Shown piece by piece: positions 46,806 through 56,850 of a stretch of DNA of 64,000 nt (its first letter is position 1; every line of letters starts with the position of its first letter). This DNA comes from Candidatus Spongiisociaceae bacterium (GTDB lineage Bacteria; Actinomycetota; Acidimicrobiia; Spongiisociales; Spongiisociaceae), in contig OZ253564.1 in NCBI GenBank assembly GCA_965262915.1, positions 2,880,001 to 2,944,000 of the forward strand. Direction: 5' to 3'. Made by a program: the position numbers and the translations under genes. Under the pieces are notes generated by a model, which was given only the letters and a program-made list of their open reading frames with translations, was not told where the DNA came from and did not search any database.

Positions 46806-46891
46806 GCCTATAACATAGACACCCGCCTAATCCAACTGTTATAAGCCTATTATCCTTAGTGTTAGTTGACATTCATAACCAATAAGCCTAA
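46796..46891. promoter_or_regulatory. Direct repeats upstream of alpA (putative operator)
   Basis: AACTGTTATAAGCCTA twice plus a partial ATAAGCCTA in AT-rich DNA. Confidence 0.55.
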
Positions 46892-46932
46892 CGTGATATC
46901 ACCAATCGAAGTAGCGGACGAGAAGGGCAAAC

Positions 46933-47127
46933 ATGGCATCGGAACGGCTCATATTCCGAGTTGATGAGCTCGCGCAACGGCTCGGAGTCTCGACACAGAC
47001 CATCCGACGGTGGGAAAAAGCCGGAGACTTCCCCCGGGCAATCCGACTGGGCCAATCCGCCAGAAGTTCCATAGGCTGGAAAGCCGCAGACGTAACCGAC
47101 TGGATTGACAGCCGACCGGCCGCGTAG
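46933..47127 (+). CDS. alpA: AlpA-family regulator/excisionase
   Basis: ELAQRLGVSTQTIRRWEKAGDFPRAIRLG...GW...V.DWI. Confidence 0.9.
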   Translation: MASERLIFRVDELAQRLGVSTQTIRRWEKAGDFPRAIRLGQSARSSIGWKAADVTDWIDSRPAA

Positions 47128-47216
47128 CGCGTAGACTCAGAACGAAGAACCCCACCGGTGGGCGACCGGTGGGGTTCAAATCTCCAAGAAAGAAGGTGAC
47201 AGTCAAGGAGGACAGA

Positions 47217-48683
47217 ATGCACTCTACCACCACCCGGCAGTATCCGCCACCGGTCACCCGTATACACGAAACCGCCGACAGATATCTGGTGTATCGGGAA
47301 GGCATCGACCGGCCCGTCTCGATCTCCGCCGCCGACTGGGAACACGACAACAACACCAACCCCTGGGACAAGACCAAACAGGACGCCAACCTAGCCGCGC
47401 TCCACAACGACGAACCCCACCCGTATCCATCCCCCAAAATGCTCTGGTCCGACTACTCAGCCATCGCCGACTTCCAGGCCGAACAGGCAGCCGCACGGTG
47501 GCACAAGCTCGCGTGGGACCGGATCGAGGCCGAACAGCTGCCAGCGTCCAACCGATCAACCGCCGAACTGTTCGACGAACTCGCCGAAGCTCAACAACTC
47601 GGTGCCGTCGAAGTCGCCGAGGTGCTCCGGGGGTTCTTGCGGCTGCGCGGTGTACACGAAGAGGACCTCGGCGGGCCGTACTGGTGGACCGACATACCCG
47701 ACCTCGACCGGCTGCCACCACCACCCGCCCCGTTGCTGACCCGAGACGACGGGCAGACTGTTGTGCCCGCCGACAGGTCAATCAGCATCTACGCACCACC
47801 AGAACGGGGCAAGACGTGGATCGGGTTCATGGTGGCACTGGCAGCTATCAAAACGGGTGGGCGGGCCGTAGTCGTCGACCATGAGATGAACGTCCGGGAC
47901 TGCGCTAACCGGTTCCGGCTGCTCGGCGGCTACCGCTACGTTCGCAACCCCGACCAGTTTCGTTATTTGTACGGACCGGAGACCCAACCCGCCGATGTCG
48001 AAGCATCCGCCCGGTGGCTCGCAGCCCGCCCCGGATCGGTGGTTGTCATCGACTCGGTGAACCGTGCCGGCGGCTACTCCACCCACCCCACCGAGTATCT
48101 CGAATGGGCCGACAGCAACGTCAAGCCCTACCGCACCAAACAGGTCGGCGTTGTGCTACTCGACCACGAAACCAAGACCCGCCCCGCGCAAGGCTCCAAC
48201 TATCAGGGACCGATGGGCACCGGCCAGAAAGTCGCCGACGTGGACATCGTGCTCCGGGTAGACGGCACACCGTGGACCACCACCGAACCGGGCACGATCA
48301 CCCTTCACCGGATCAAGGACAGACACGGCGACCTGCCAGGCCCGCCCGCCGTCGCGTCCATCACCGGCGACTATCAAGACGGCGGATTCGCATGGCGGAT
48401 ACACCGTCCGGCCACCGCCACCATCGAACAAGCACCCGGCGACTCGTCCCGCGCCCGGCGACTCAAGCGGCTAGAGAAGGCCATCGTGTGGGTACGCAAG
48501 CAGCCCGAACCCGTGACCGCCTTCGACTTGGCGAAGGGTATCGGAGTAGGGAAGGTGACCGCACTCGACTACCTGAAAGAACTCGCCGCCGGCGGCGAAC
48601 TCACCCAACACACCAAGGGGCGAACGTTCGTGTTCTCAGCACCCGACGACCAGGGCATCTTGACCCTTCCCGAGCCCACATGA
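47217..48683 (+). CDS. Replication protein: RecA-like/AAA_25 helicase with C-terminal winged HTH
   Basis: Walker A APPERGKT, Walker B VVVIDS, LLDH and KDR. C-terminal DLAKGIGVGKVTALDYLKEL. Confidence 0.75.
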   Translation: MHSTTTRQYPPPVTRIHETADRYLVYREGIDRPVSISAADWEHDNNTNPWDKTKQDANLAALHNDEPHPYPSPKMLWSDYSAIADFQAEQAAARWHKLAWDRIEAEQLPASNRSTAELFDELAEAQQLGAVEVAEVLRGFLRLRGVHEEDLGGPYWWTDIPDLDRLPPPPAPLLTRDDGQTVVPADRSISIYAPPERGKTWIGFMVALAAIKTGGRAVVVDHEMNVRDCANRFRLLGGYRYVRNPDQFRYLYGPETQPADVEASARWLAARPGSVVVIDSVNRAGGYSTHPTEYLEWADSNVKPYRTKQVGVVLLDHETKTRPAQGSNYQGPMGTGQKVADVDIVLRVDGTPWTTTEPGTITLHRIKDRHGDLPGPPAVASITGDYQDGGFAWRIHRPATATIEQAPGDSSRARRLKRLEKAIVWVRKQPEPVTAFDLAKGIGVGKVTALDYLKELAAGGELTQHTKGRTFVFSAPDDQGILTLPEPT

Positions 48684-48688
48684 CCTAT

Positions 48689-48812
48689 CGTTCAAGTGTT
48701 CATTTGAACGTTCAAACGCCACCTGAACGATGGCTTACGTTCAATCGTTCAAGTGTTCAACCCACCCCGTAGGGGTTGAACATGCACGTTGAACACCCAT
48801 CTGACGTTCAAG
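48689..48812. repeat. Iteron-like GTTCAA/TTGAAC cluster, putative origin
   Basis: Many copies in both orientations immediately after rep. Confidence 0.65.
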
Positions 48813-48831
48813 TCAACGAGAAAGGACCACC

Positions 48832-49068
48832 ATGACCACGCAAGACGAACGAACCGCAGCACTCCTGAAACTCGGTGCTGCCATCTTCGGACGCAACAAC
48901 CTCATCGGCAGCGACTTCGACCACATCCACCTCGAAGAGACAGAAGCCGACTACGAACAAGACCGCGCCGGCGTCCTCATCCAGTTCTCCATCAGCTGGC
49001 ACGCACTCGGAAAGATCGCCACCGAACAGACCTGCGAAGCGATCACGGTCCTCCTACCAGATCACTAG
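48832..49068 (+). CDS. Hypothetical protein
   Basis: RBS GAAAGGA. Base composition similar to neighbouring genes. Confidence 0.6.
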   Translation: MTTQDERTAALLKLGAAIFGRNNLIGSDFDHIHLEETEADYEQDRAGVLIQFSISWHALGKIATEQTCEAITVLLPDH

Positions 49069-49168
49069 CCACCCGCCCCACCCCCGGTAGGGCACCGCCC
49101 GGCCCGGCCGCCCGTGCCAGCGCCGACCGGTGTAGCCTCGGAGACACACACACCTTCCCGGCGTCTGG

Positions 49169-49459
49169 TCAGCGGTCGAGGAGCTCGCGGACCAGGGTGT
49201 GCCACGCCTCAACTGCCGGCGACACCGGACGCCGAGCCCGATTCTCCGCCACCGTCTTCGAGATATGGCATGACCGGCATAGCACCTGAAGGTTGCCAAG
49301 GTCATAGGATGCGCCGCCATCTGCTAGCGCGATCACATGATCCACTTCGAGCTTGCCCGCACACCCACAGGATCGGCACCTATGCTGGTCACGTTCCAGC
49401 ACTGCCCGGCGGACGACCCGCCATCGGTTCCGGTTGATAGCCGAGCTCGGGTGTGCCAC
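49169..49459 (-). CDS. HNH endonuclease (phage packaging type)
   Basis: RWRVVRRAVLERD..RCRSC...EVDHV...NLQVLCRSCHISKT. Confidence 0.9.
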   Translation of the reverse strand: MAHPSSAINRNRWRVVRRAVLERDQHRCRSCGCAGKLEVDHVIALADGGASYDLGNLQVLCRSCHISKTVAENRARRPVSPAVEAWHTLVRELLDR

Positions 49460-49699
49460 CCCGACTTCATCCCATCCGACGGACACATTGCTCAGGCGCG
49501 GGCGTATGTTCACACCAAGAGTCCTGGGCAGTCACAACTATCACTCCGACTAAAGACAGCGTCGCAGTTGTTACAAAAGAAATCATCCATCTGCCTATGT
49601 GGTATATATGCGAACTGATCCCACTGGCAATTGGCACACTTCTTGTATGGAATACCTACCCCGCCTGTAGGAGGCGGCTAAGGGATCCGGTCCTTTATG

Positions 49700-51132
49700 G
49701 GCTCATCGGATTTCAGTGGGGAGTGACCGATGGGAGTAGGTCCCAGTTGGGTTTCCCCGCGTAGAGAAGGGCGCGGATTCGGTAGTTCGCGAAGTTGCGG
49801 AACCCGAACGCTGCTCGTTTGATCCGTTTGATGAGGTTGTTGAGGGCTTCGGTGGGTCCGTTGGTTACCTTCGAGATGTGCCAGTTGGTGATCTGGGGGG
49901 TCCAGCGGGCGATGGTACGACCCAGCTTGTTGATCTCGGGTGGGCAGGATTCGTGTTGGAGGTCGTCTGCGAGCTGGAGGGTGTATCGGAGAGCAAGGAC
50001 CGGACTCTCGATCCCGTAGATGCCTCGTACCGTCTCTTTCGCGTGCCAGGCTGTGCGCACTTCCCCGTAGGGGTCACCAGCATCGAGGAGACCACGCAGC
50101 CGTATTTGACCCCGGTCGCTGATCCTCTCATGCGCAGCGGTTAGGAGCCGCCGTATCCGATACAGCGGGTCATCCTTGCGGCCTCGATGCCCGAGGGTTT
50201 CGTTTTGGACTCTTCGTCGTACCTCGTCGAGACGCTGGTTGGCGAGGCGGATGACGTGGAACGGGTCCGCTACCTGCAGCGCGTGCGGCAGCACCCTGTC
50301 ATACGCCTTCCGATACGAACCGGACATGTCCAACACCGCCCAGCGGATAGCCTCACACCATTCGGTGGGTTGTGACCGGAACCAGGCTGCGGCGCTTTCT
50401 GCTGTTCTACCAGGGACTATGTCGATCAGCTGGTGGCCGCCAACGTCGACGACAGAGGTGCACCAGACTTTGGTACGCCAACGGCCCCGACGCCAGAACA
50501 ACGTCTCGTCCACTCCCACAGCTTCGACGGTCCCGACCCGATCGGTGTCTGCTTCCAGCAGCGCTTCGCCCCAGCGGCCAACCTCTTTGTTCACCGTATG
50601 CCAATCACAACCAAGTTCTGCGGCGACCTCGTCGACCGAACGGCCCCGCCCACCCACCTGGATGGTCACCCACCGGGCCGCTCGGGATGTCAACAACGCC
50701 CGTTGGGGACCAATCTTGGGGTCTTGTTCGATGAACGATCTGAGCGCACAGTCGGGGTTCGGACATGTCCAGCGCCGTTTCCGCCACCGCAGCCGCACAG
50801 GCCGGCCGAACGCCGGTAAATCCACCAACACAACCGTCCGATAGCCCTTCGACCACACCGACCCGCCACAGGACTCACACAACGGCCGGGGCTTGCGGGA
50901 CCGGATCACCACCTCCAACGGTGCCTCCTCGCCCGGGTCGTTGATCCCTACCAGATCAACCTCACCTAGGCCTACCAACTTCTCGCACATGCGCGTAGGA
51001 TCAGCTTCCACAGGGGTCCTCCTGCCTCGGATGTCATTACCAACACCCGATTATGGAGGACCCCTCCTCACTTCTGGTGGATTCCAACTCCCCCTGGCAG
51101 ATCCCCTACTCCCCACTCATTTCCGAAGAGCC
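49700..51132 (-). mobile_element. ISL3-family element (transposase 49713-51011), 8-bp target duplication CCTTTATG
   Basis: IRs GGCTCATCGGA / TCCGAAGAGCC. Direct repeat at 49692-49699 and 51133-51140. Motifs GVDE, LDMS, ADPFH and EALNN. Confidence 0.95.
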
Positions 51133-51667
51133 CCTTTATGTTCCCTACTTCGGTGACAAGGGTATTCATAGTTTGGGCAAGGTCGTTTGTATTTTTGGCG
51201 ATCTTCCCAATTGGTGTGTTGTTGCCTTCAGCAGAGTTTGATCCAGAAATACCCGGTCCAGCGAGATGCAGATGTGTAGAGCTCTTCACGCGCCAGAATA
51301 GAATTCGCCGATCGTAACTGACTGAGATCTTAGTCTCCCGTAGTCGACTGAGGAACTCTTTACTAGAAGCCCAGCCCATGTCAAACTCATAACGCTGGCC
51401 ATTGTCCATATCGCCGAGGTTCTTAGTTCCATATACATGGTCTCTATCGTCATAGGGTTCATACTCGGGAGAAAAGCACAGTTCGACATTCCGTGCAACT
51501 CTCTTGCCTATATTCTCGATTTCGAGAACCAAGATGTCCAAAGAAAGCAAACGTACCCGCGGTCGTGGACGACGCGTATATCTCCAAACTAGGAGGGTCC
51601 CAGTCAATCCGAGAAGGGTCGCCACGGCTTCGCTGTGTACGCTGAGCCATTCACCGATACCTGTCAT
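51068..51667 (-). CDS. Low-GC membrane-anchored cargo (moron) protein; native C-terminus replaced by ISL3
   Basis: N-terminal TM helix, LEIENIG..VARNV pattern and RBS GAGGAAGG. Removing ISL3 gives ...NIKDRIP*. Confidence 0.65.
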   Translation of the reverse strand: MTGIGEWLSVHSEAVATLLGLTGTLLVWRYTRRPRPRVRLLSLDILVLEIENIGKRVARNVELCFSPEYEPYDDRDHVYGTKNLGDMDNGQRYEFDMGWASSKEFLSRLRETKISVSYDRRILFWRVKSSTHLHLAGPGISGSNSAEGNNTPIGKIAKNTNDLAQTMNTLVTEVGNIKGLFGNEWGVGDLPGGVGIHQK

Positions 51668-51697
51668 CTGTAACCTTCCTCATAGTTTGTAATCGGT

Positions 51698-53218
51698 CTA
51701 GACAATCGCCGACCGAAGCCGCCAGTTCCGGCTCCGCCCGGCGTGCCAATGACGGTAACCGGTCGCGACAGCCAGTATCGCCGCCGCTGCCGCGTCGTCA
51801 CGCGCCCGAACACGTCGGCCACCCTCCGACCCCTTCGCCAGCTTCGCGTTACCCGCCGGGTCAACCATCACTCGCGCTTCGGACATGGCCGCCGTGAGTA
51901 GCAGAGAATCCGCGGGCCGGACATGGCCACCCAACACGGCCGCCCGGAACTGGCGCACGTCCTCGCCGCCGTCCTTGTACCCCTGACCCCTCACTACCAG
52001 TTGAGCGGTCGGGAAGCGTAACGCGTCGAGATGCTGCCGCAGCTCCGCCGCCCGCCACCGGTCACACACCACCGCCGCCGGTTTGCCCCAGCGGATCAGA
52101 GCTTCCGACAACAGCCGCCGAACGTCGGAAACATGACCACCGGCGATCACCAACTCGCCCCGCTCCGCCATCTTCGAGTAGAGCGAACCCACACCGTCGG
52201 CCAACCCACGGCGGCGAAGGTCGGGCTGTGCGGGGAACACCGCCACCGCGTCCAGCCACCCGGACCGGTGATACGCCGCTGCCGCTGACATAGCCGCCGA
52301 CGTACCAAGATCGACGCCCAGCACGTAGCTGCCCCGGACCGGTTCGGGTTCCGGCAACCCGGCTGCCCGCTTCCACGCGGCGGCGTCCAGTAGCACGGCC
52401 CGGTCAATGTCCGCCACGCCGAGATTCAGCCGGAGCGCCTTGAACGAGGCGAGCGCGTCCGGGTCGTTGCGGGCGTCCACAATCTCCGCCTGAATCCGGG
52501 CCTTCAAGCTCGGCAGGTGATCCACCGACGGGTTCGCCCGCCGAATGGTTCGCATCCAAAACGGCGGATCATCCGGACGGGCTGCGTGAACCTGGGCGTA
52601 GGCAGCCGACTTGAGCAGACGGGCGAACCAGTGCGTCTGGTCCGCCGGTCGGGTACCCAACGCGATCAAGCGGGAACCCGGCACCTTCCCTAGGCCGGTG
52701 CGAATCGCTTGGAGCATCCGATCCGCCCGCCCCGGTTCCCACTGGCTGGGTTCGTCGAGAAGCGCCAACGCGGGCCGTAGCCCGTGAGCCCGCCCCGGAT
52801 CGGAACCAATACACCGAATCCGGCAACCCGACGCCCGGAACTCAAGCGTCGCTCGATTCGCGCTGTCTTGCTTCCGCCACGCCGACCGGTCGCCCAAGTC
52901 GTAGCGGTTACCCAAGAACGCGAGCACATCCTCGAAGATGATCCGTGACTGGTCGAAGCTCGCCGCCACACACACAACCTCACGCCGCCGACCATGCAAC
53001 GGCCCCGACGAGTCCACCATCGCCGCCGCTATCCCCGCCACAAGCGCCGACTTGCCATTACCCCGGCCAACCGTCAGAGCCGAATCGCCCGGCCCCCGGA
53101 ACGCCCCTCGAATGAACCGCCGCTCCCACGGCAACACCACGAACGGCTGCCCGTCGTGGTCGCCGCCCGCCAACGTCAGTCCGGCGAGGTAGGCGATGAT
53201 GTCAGTTGCAACAGCCAC
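51698..53218 (-). CDS. terL: Terminase large subunit
   Basis: PWERRFI, GRGNGKS, LLDE, ANPS, GVDLG, CDRW and DDAAAA. Confidence 0.9.
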   Translation of the reverse strand: MAVATDIIAYLAGLTLAGGDHDGQPFVVLPWERRFIRGAFRGPGDSALTVGRGNGKSALVAGIAAAMVDSSGPLHGRRREVVCVAASFDQSRIIFEDVLAFLGNRYDLGDRSAWRKQDSANRATLEFRASGCRIRCIGSDPGRAHGLRPALALLDEPSQWEPGRADRMLQAIRTGLGKVPGSRLIALGTRPADQTHWFARLLKSAAYAQVHAARPDDPPFWMRTIRRANPSVDHLPSLKARIQAEIVDARNDPDALASFKALRLNLGVADIDRAVLLDAAAWKRAAGLPEPEPVRGSYVLGVDLGTSAAMSAAAAYHRSGWLDAVAVFPAQPDLRRRGLADGVGSLYSKMAERGELVIAGGHVSDVRRLLSEALIRWGKPAAVVCDRWRAAELRQHLDALRFPTAQLVVRGQGYKDGGEDVRQFRAAVLGGHVRPADSLLLTAAMSEARVMVDPAGNAKLAKGSEGGRRVRARDDAAAAAILAVATGYRHWHAGRSRNWRLRSAIV

Positions 53219-53290
53219 GACTTGGACCCTACCCACTCTGTTAACCAACATTCAACATCTTTCACATATGTAAGGCGTTAGACTGTTGCT

Positions 53291-54577
53291 ATGACTACCA
53301 GACAGAAGATCGAACTGAGGCTCTCAAAGGTCCGCTCCCGGTTGAACGAACTTGCCGGAGTCGAGGAACTCACCGACGAACACCGGGCCGAACTCGACAA
53401 CCTCGAAGGTGAGTTCGGAGACCTCGAACGCCGGCATCGGGCGGCGATCCTGTCCGAAGCCCACGAGGAACGCGCCGCGGTGGGGATGTTCCCCGACGGT
53501 GACGACCAGGACGGCGCCGAGGTCCGGCAGTTGCTGGGCCGGGTCACCCTCTCCGACTATCTCGGTCCGGCGGCTGCCGGTGCCGGCAGCCGGGGCGCGG
53601 CGGCCGAACTCAACGCTGCCTTGGAAGTACCCGAGGCGGGTCCGTCCGGCGGGGTGGCGGTTCCGTGGCGGGTGCTGCTTCCCGATGGTGGGATCGAGGC
53701 CCGTGCGTTCACGACCACCGCCAACAACGACGGTACGGAGATGCAACGCCCGATCCTGCAGCGGCTGTTCGGGCCGGGGATCATGAACACGCTCGGGGTT
53801 CGGATGGACTCGGTTCCGGTCGGTCGGGCGGAGTGGCCGCTCATCACGTCCGGCGTGGCACCCGCCCAGGCGAAGGAACCCGACGCTGCCGCGGCTGCGG
53901 TGGTTGCCGGATTCAGCTTCGCCAATCTCAAGCCGAAGCGGTTGACCGGCGTGTACGAGTACACCCATGAGATGGCCGCCAGCGTCGCGGACCTAGAGGC
54001 GGCGCTGCGGCGTGACCTCGCCGATGCTGTGAGGTCGAACATGGAACAGCAGATCGTCAACGGGACCGCTCCGACTAACCAGAACCCGCAGAACGTGGAG
54101 GGGTTCATAACCAAGCTCACCGGCTCGGACCTGTCCGCATCGCAGGCAACCGCGGCCGATTACGGCAAGCTGCACGCTCTTGCGGTTGACGGTGTCCATG
54201 CCAGCACCGAGACGGAAGTTATGTCGGTGATCGGTGACGAAACGTATCAGCACGCCGCCGGCGTGTACATCACCGGTTCCGGCGAGTCCGGTTCGGAACT
54301 GTTAAAGCGCCGGTCCGGTGGTTGTAGGGCTTCGACGTACATTCCCGCTATCGCGTCCAAGAAACAGTCGGCGATTCTGCACGCGGCCGGGTCGAACGGT
54401 GGGGGGATCATGCGGGGCGACTCGGTGGCGGCTGTATGGCCGACGCTCGAAGTGATCCGGGATATCTACACGAAGGCGTCCCAGGGTGTCGTGCTGACGT
54501 GGCTGACGTTGTGGGACGCGGTGGTTGCGTTCCGTTCGTCGGCTTACAAGCAGATCGACATACAGATACGGGCATAG
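53291..54577 (+). CDS. Major capsid protein (HK97-like, coiled-coil N-terminus)
   Basis: N-terminal helical scaffold, GGVAVP, LKPKRL...EM and IVNG....N.EG. Located in the head-gene cluster. Confidence 0.8.
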   Translation: MTTRQKIELRLSKVRSRLNELAGVEELTDEHRAELDNLEGEFGDLERRHRAAILSEAHEERAAVGMFPDGDDQDGAEVRQLLGRVTLSDYLGPAAAGAGSRGAAAELNAALEVPEAGPSGGVAVPWRVLLPDGGIEARAFTTTANNDGTEMQRPILQRLFGPGIMNTLGVRMDSVPVGRAEWPLITSGVAPAQAKEPDAAAAAVVAGFSFANLKPKRLTGVYEYTHEMAASVADLEAALRRDLADAVRSNMEQQIVNGTAPTNQNPQNVEGFITKLTGSDLSASQATAADYGKLHALAVDGVHASTETEVMSVIGDETYQHAAGVYITGSGESGSELLKRRSGGCRASTYIPAIASKKQSAILHAAGSNGGGIMRGDSVAAVWPTLEVIRDIYTKASQGVVLTWLTLWDAVVAFRSSAYKQIDIQIRA

Positions 54578-54581
54578 GCTC

Positions 54582-55481
54582 ATGGTCGAACGGACCCGAC
54601 CGTTAGAGGTCCGGCTCGCGGGCCGGACCCTTCGCGGCGTCGCGTTGCGATATGGGGAACAGGCACGAGACCGGGCCGAGATGTTCGAGCCGGGGGCGTT
54701 CCAACCCATAGGGTCGGTGTCTCTGAACCTGCAACATGACCGGTTCCGGGAAGTAGCAAGCACCGACGGGGGATCGCTGCGGATCACCGACACGCCCACC
54801 GAGCTACGGATCGAGGCCGACCTGCGGGAGGGTTCCGCCGAACTGTCGTTGGTGAGACGCCGCGCTCTGCGTGGTCTGTCCGTCGAGTTTCGGGCACTGG
54901 CAGATAGGCGGAACCCCGCCGGTCTCCGGGTGGTACAGCGGGCGGAGCTTCCCGCTATCGGCTTGGTCGATTCCGGTTCCTACCGGACCGAGGTTGAGCT
55001 ACGCGCCGCGTTCGGGCAAGCGTGGCTAACCGCCGATATCCGGTTCGGGAAGCGGATGCAATGCCAATGCCAAGGCCCGACTTGTACCGATGTTGAGTTC
55101 GAGCCTGGCGCGTTCGAGGACCTGATCGAACGCCGCGACGTGCTCGCCGTTGGTGGCGGCGGTTTCGCCAACGTCCTGGGGAGCACGCGGCGGGGAACGC
55201 TGCTTGTCGACCAGACCGACAAGGGTCTGCGGGTCGGTCTCACCAACGCGGGAACGGACACGGCCCGCCGCATCGTCGAAGCCGCCGCCGTGGCCGATAT
55301 CTTTGTGAGGCCGCTGATCGACCTCGAAGCGTCCGAGTACGAAGACGACGGCACCACCAGACGTTTCACACGGGCGGTCACACGGGCGCTGTTGGTGAAA
55401 CCCACCCCGAACGCCAAGGGTCACCGTCCGGCCCGCATACGGGGCGTCCAGACCCGCAGGAGGCGACGCCCGTGGCTGTAA
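54582..55481 (+). CDS. HK97-family prohead protease with a second degenerate protease-like domain
   Basis: LRGVALRY, EMFEPGAF, LQHD, GLSVEF and IGLVD..Y. A second FEPGAF...LGST..GTL unit follows. Confidence 0.8.
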   Translation: MVERTRPLEVRLAGRTLRGVALRYGEQARDRAEMFEPGAFQPIGSVSLNLQHDRFREVASTDGGSLRITDTPTELRIEADLREGSAELSLVRRRALRGLSVEFRALADRRNPAGLRVVQRAELPAIGLVDSGSYRTEVELRAAFGQAWLTADIRFGKRMQCQCQGPTCTDVEFEPGAFEDLIERRDVLAVGGGGFANVLGSTRRGTLLVDQTDKGLRVGLTNAGTDTARRIVEAAAVADIFVRPLIDLEASEYEDDGTTRRFTRAVTRALLVKPTPNAKGHRPARIRGVQTRRRRRPWL

Positions 55482-55789
55482 CCATCGACGCGGACGCCCT
55501 CGCCGAAGCCATCGGCGGTGAGAACTCACCTACCGTCGTTGCCCGCGTACTGGAAACCGCCACAACCATCGTCGAGGACTACGCACCCCACGCGCCCGAC
55601 GCGATCCACAACGAAGCCTCCGTCAGATTCGCCGGGTACCTGTACGGGTCTGACTTCGGCGGAATCCGCGACGAAACAATCGGGCCGGTGACCGTCACGT
55701 ATCCGCTCAACCATGCGGCCATGTTCCGCAACTCGGGGGCCGCCGCGTTGCTCACCCGGTACAAGCGACGGCGGGCAGGGGCGGTCTGA
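55472..55789 (+). CDS. Head-tail connector-like protein
   Basis: A...VEDYAP.AP....EA..R...YLY and C-terminal AAALLTRYKRRR. Between protease and portal. Confidence 0.65.
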   Translation: MAVTIDADALAEAIGGENSPTVVARVLETATTIVEDYAPHAPDAIHNEASVRFAGYLYGSDFGGIRDETIGPVTVTYPLNHAAMFRNSGAAALLTRYKRRRAGAV

Positions 55790-56850
55790 TGCGCTGGCCT
55801 TGGGGGCGTGAGAAACGGGAAAGCCAGCCGTTCACCGACGCCGTAGTCGGCACGATCTACGCGCAGGCCGCCGGAACCGTCGCGGCTGACCCGTCCGGGC
55901 TCGCCGCGCTCGAAGTAGCGGCCGGACTGTACGCCCGCAGCTTCGCCGCCGCCACGGTCGAACCAGCCGAACTCCAGCCGGTCATAGGCCCATCCGTGCG
56001 GGCTCTGATCGCCCGGAACCTGATACGCCGCGGCGAAAGCGTTCACCTGATCGAAGTCAGCGGCGGCCAGGTCGAACTCATCCCCGTCGGGTCGTGGGAC
56101 GTGCGCGGACCCTGGACCGAGAGGGACTGGTGGTACCGGGTTGACACCTTCGGACCGTCGGGCAACGCAACCCACTACACACCCGCCGGCGCCGTCGTGC
56201 ACGCCCGCTACGCCGTGGAGCCGGCCCGCCCCTGGTTCGGAGTCGCCCCCCTCGATTGGGCCCGCTCAACGGGCACCCTCGCCGCCTACCTTGAGACACG
56301 GTTGGGCCAAGAAGCCGGCGGAACCGTCGCCCACGTCCTGCCCATCCCCCAAGACGGCGGCGACGGCAGCACCGACGACCCGCTCGCCGACCTCAAGGCT
56401 GACATCCGCAACGCGAAGGGTGGGACGGTGCTCACCGAAACCACCGCGGGCGGATGGGGAGAAGGGAAGATGTCCGCCCCTCAAGCCGACTGGCAGCCAC
56501 GGCGGATCGGTGCGAACCCGCCCGCAGTGTTGCCGACGTTGCGGGCTGACGTGTTCGGCGCGGTACTCAACGCGTGCGGAGTGCCCGTGTCCTTGGCGAC
56601 TGACGCCGATGGAACTTCGCAGCGGGAAAGTTTCCGCCGGTTCCTGACCACAGGCTTGGAACCGCTCGGGGAACTGGTAGCCGCCGAACTCGCCGCCAAG
56701 TTGGACACCCCCGGCGTCCGGTTCGACTTCACCGGAACCTACGCCCACGATCTCGCCGGACGTGCTCAAGCGTTCGGGAAGCTCGTCGCCGGCGGCATGG
56801 GCACCGACCGGGCGCTACAGATATCCGGGCTGCTGGTGGCCGATGGGTAA
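55789..56850 (+). CDS. Phage portal protein
   Basis: LIRRGES, VVHARY...WFGVAPL and ACGVP. Coupled to the connector gene (TGATG). Confidence 0.8.
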   Translation: MRWPWGREKRESQPFTDAVVGTIYAQAAGTVAADPSGLAALEVAAGLYARSFAAATVEPAELQPVIGPSVRALIARNLIRRGESVHLIEVSGGQVELIPVGSWDVRGPWTERDWWYRVDTFGPSGNATHYTPAGAVVHARYAVEPARPWFGVAPLDWARSTGTLAAYLETRLGQEAGGTVAHVLPIPQDGGDGSTDDPLADLKADIRNAKGGTVLTETTAGGWGEGKMSAPQADWQPRRIGANPPAVLPTLRADVFGAVLNACGVPVSLATDADGTSQRESFRRFLTTGLEPLGELVAAELAAKLDTPGVRFDFTGTYAHDLAGRAQAFGKLVAGGMGTDRALQISGLLVADG

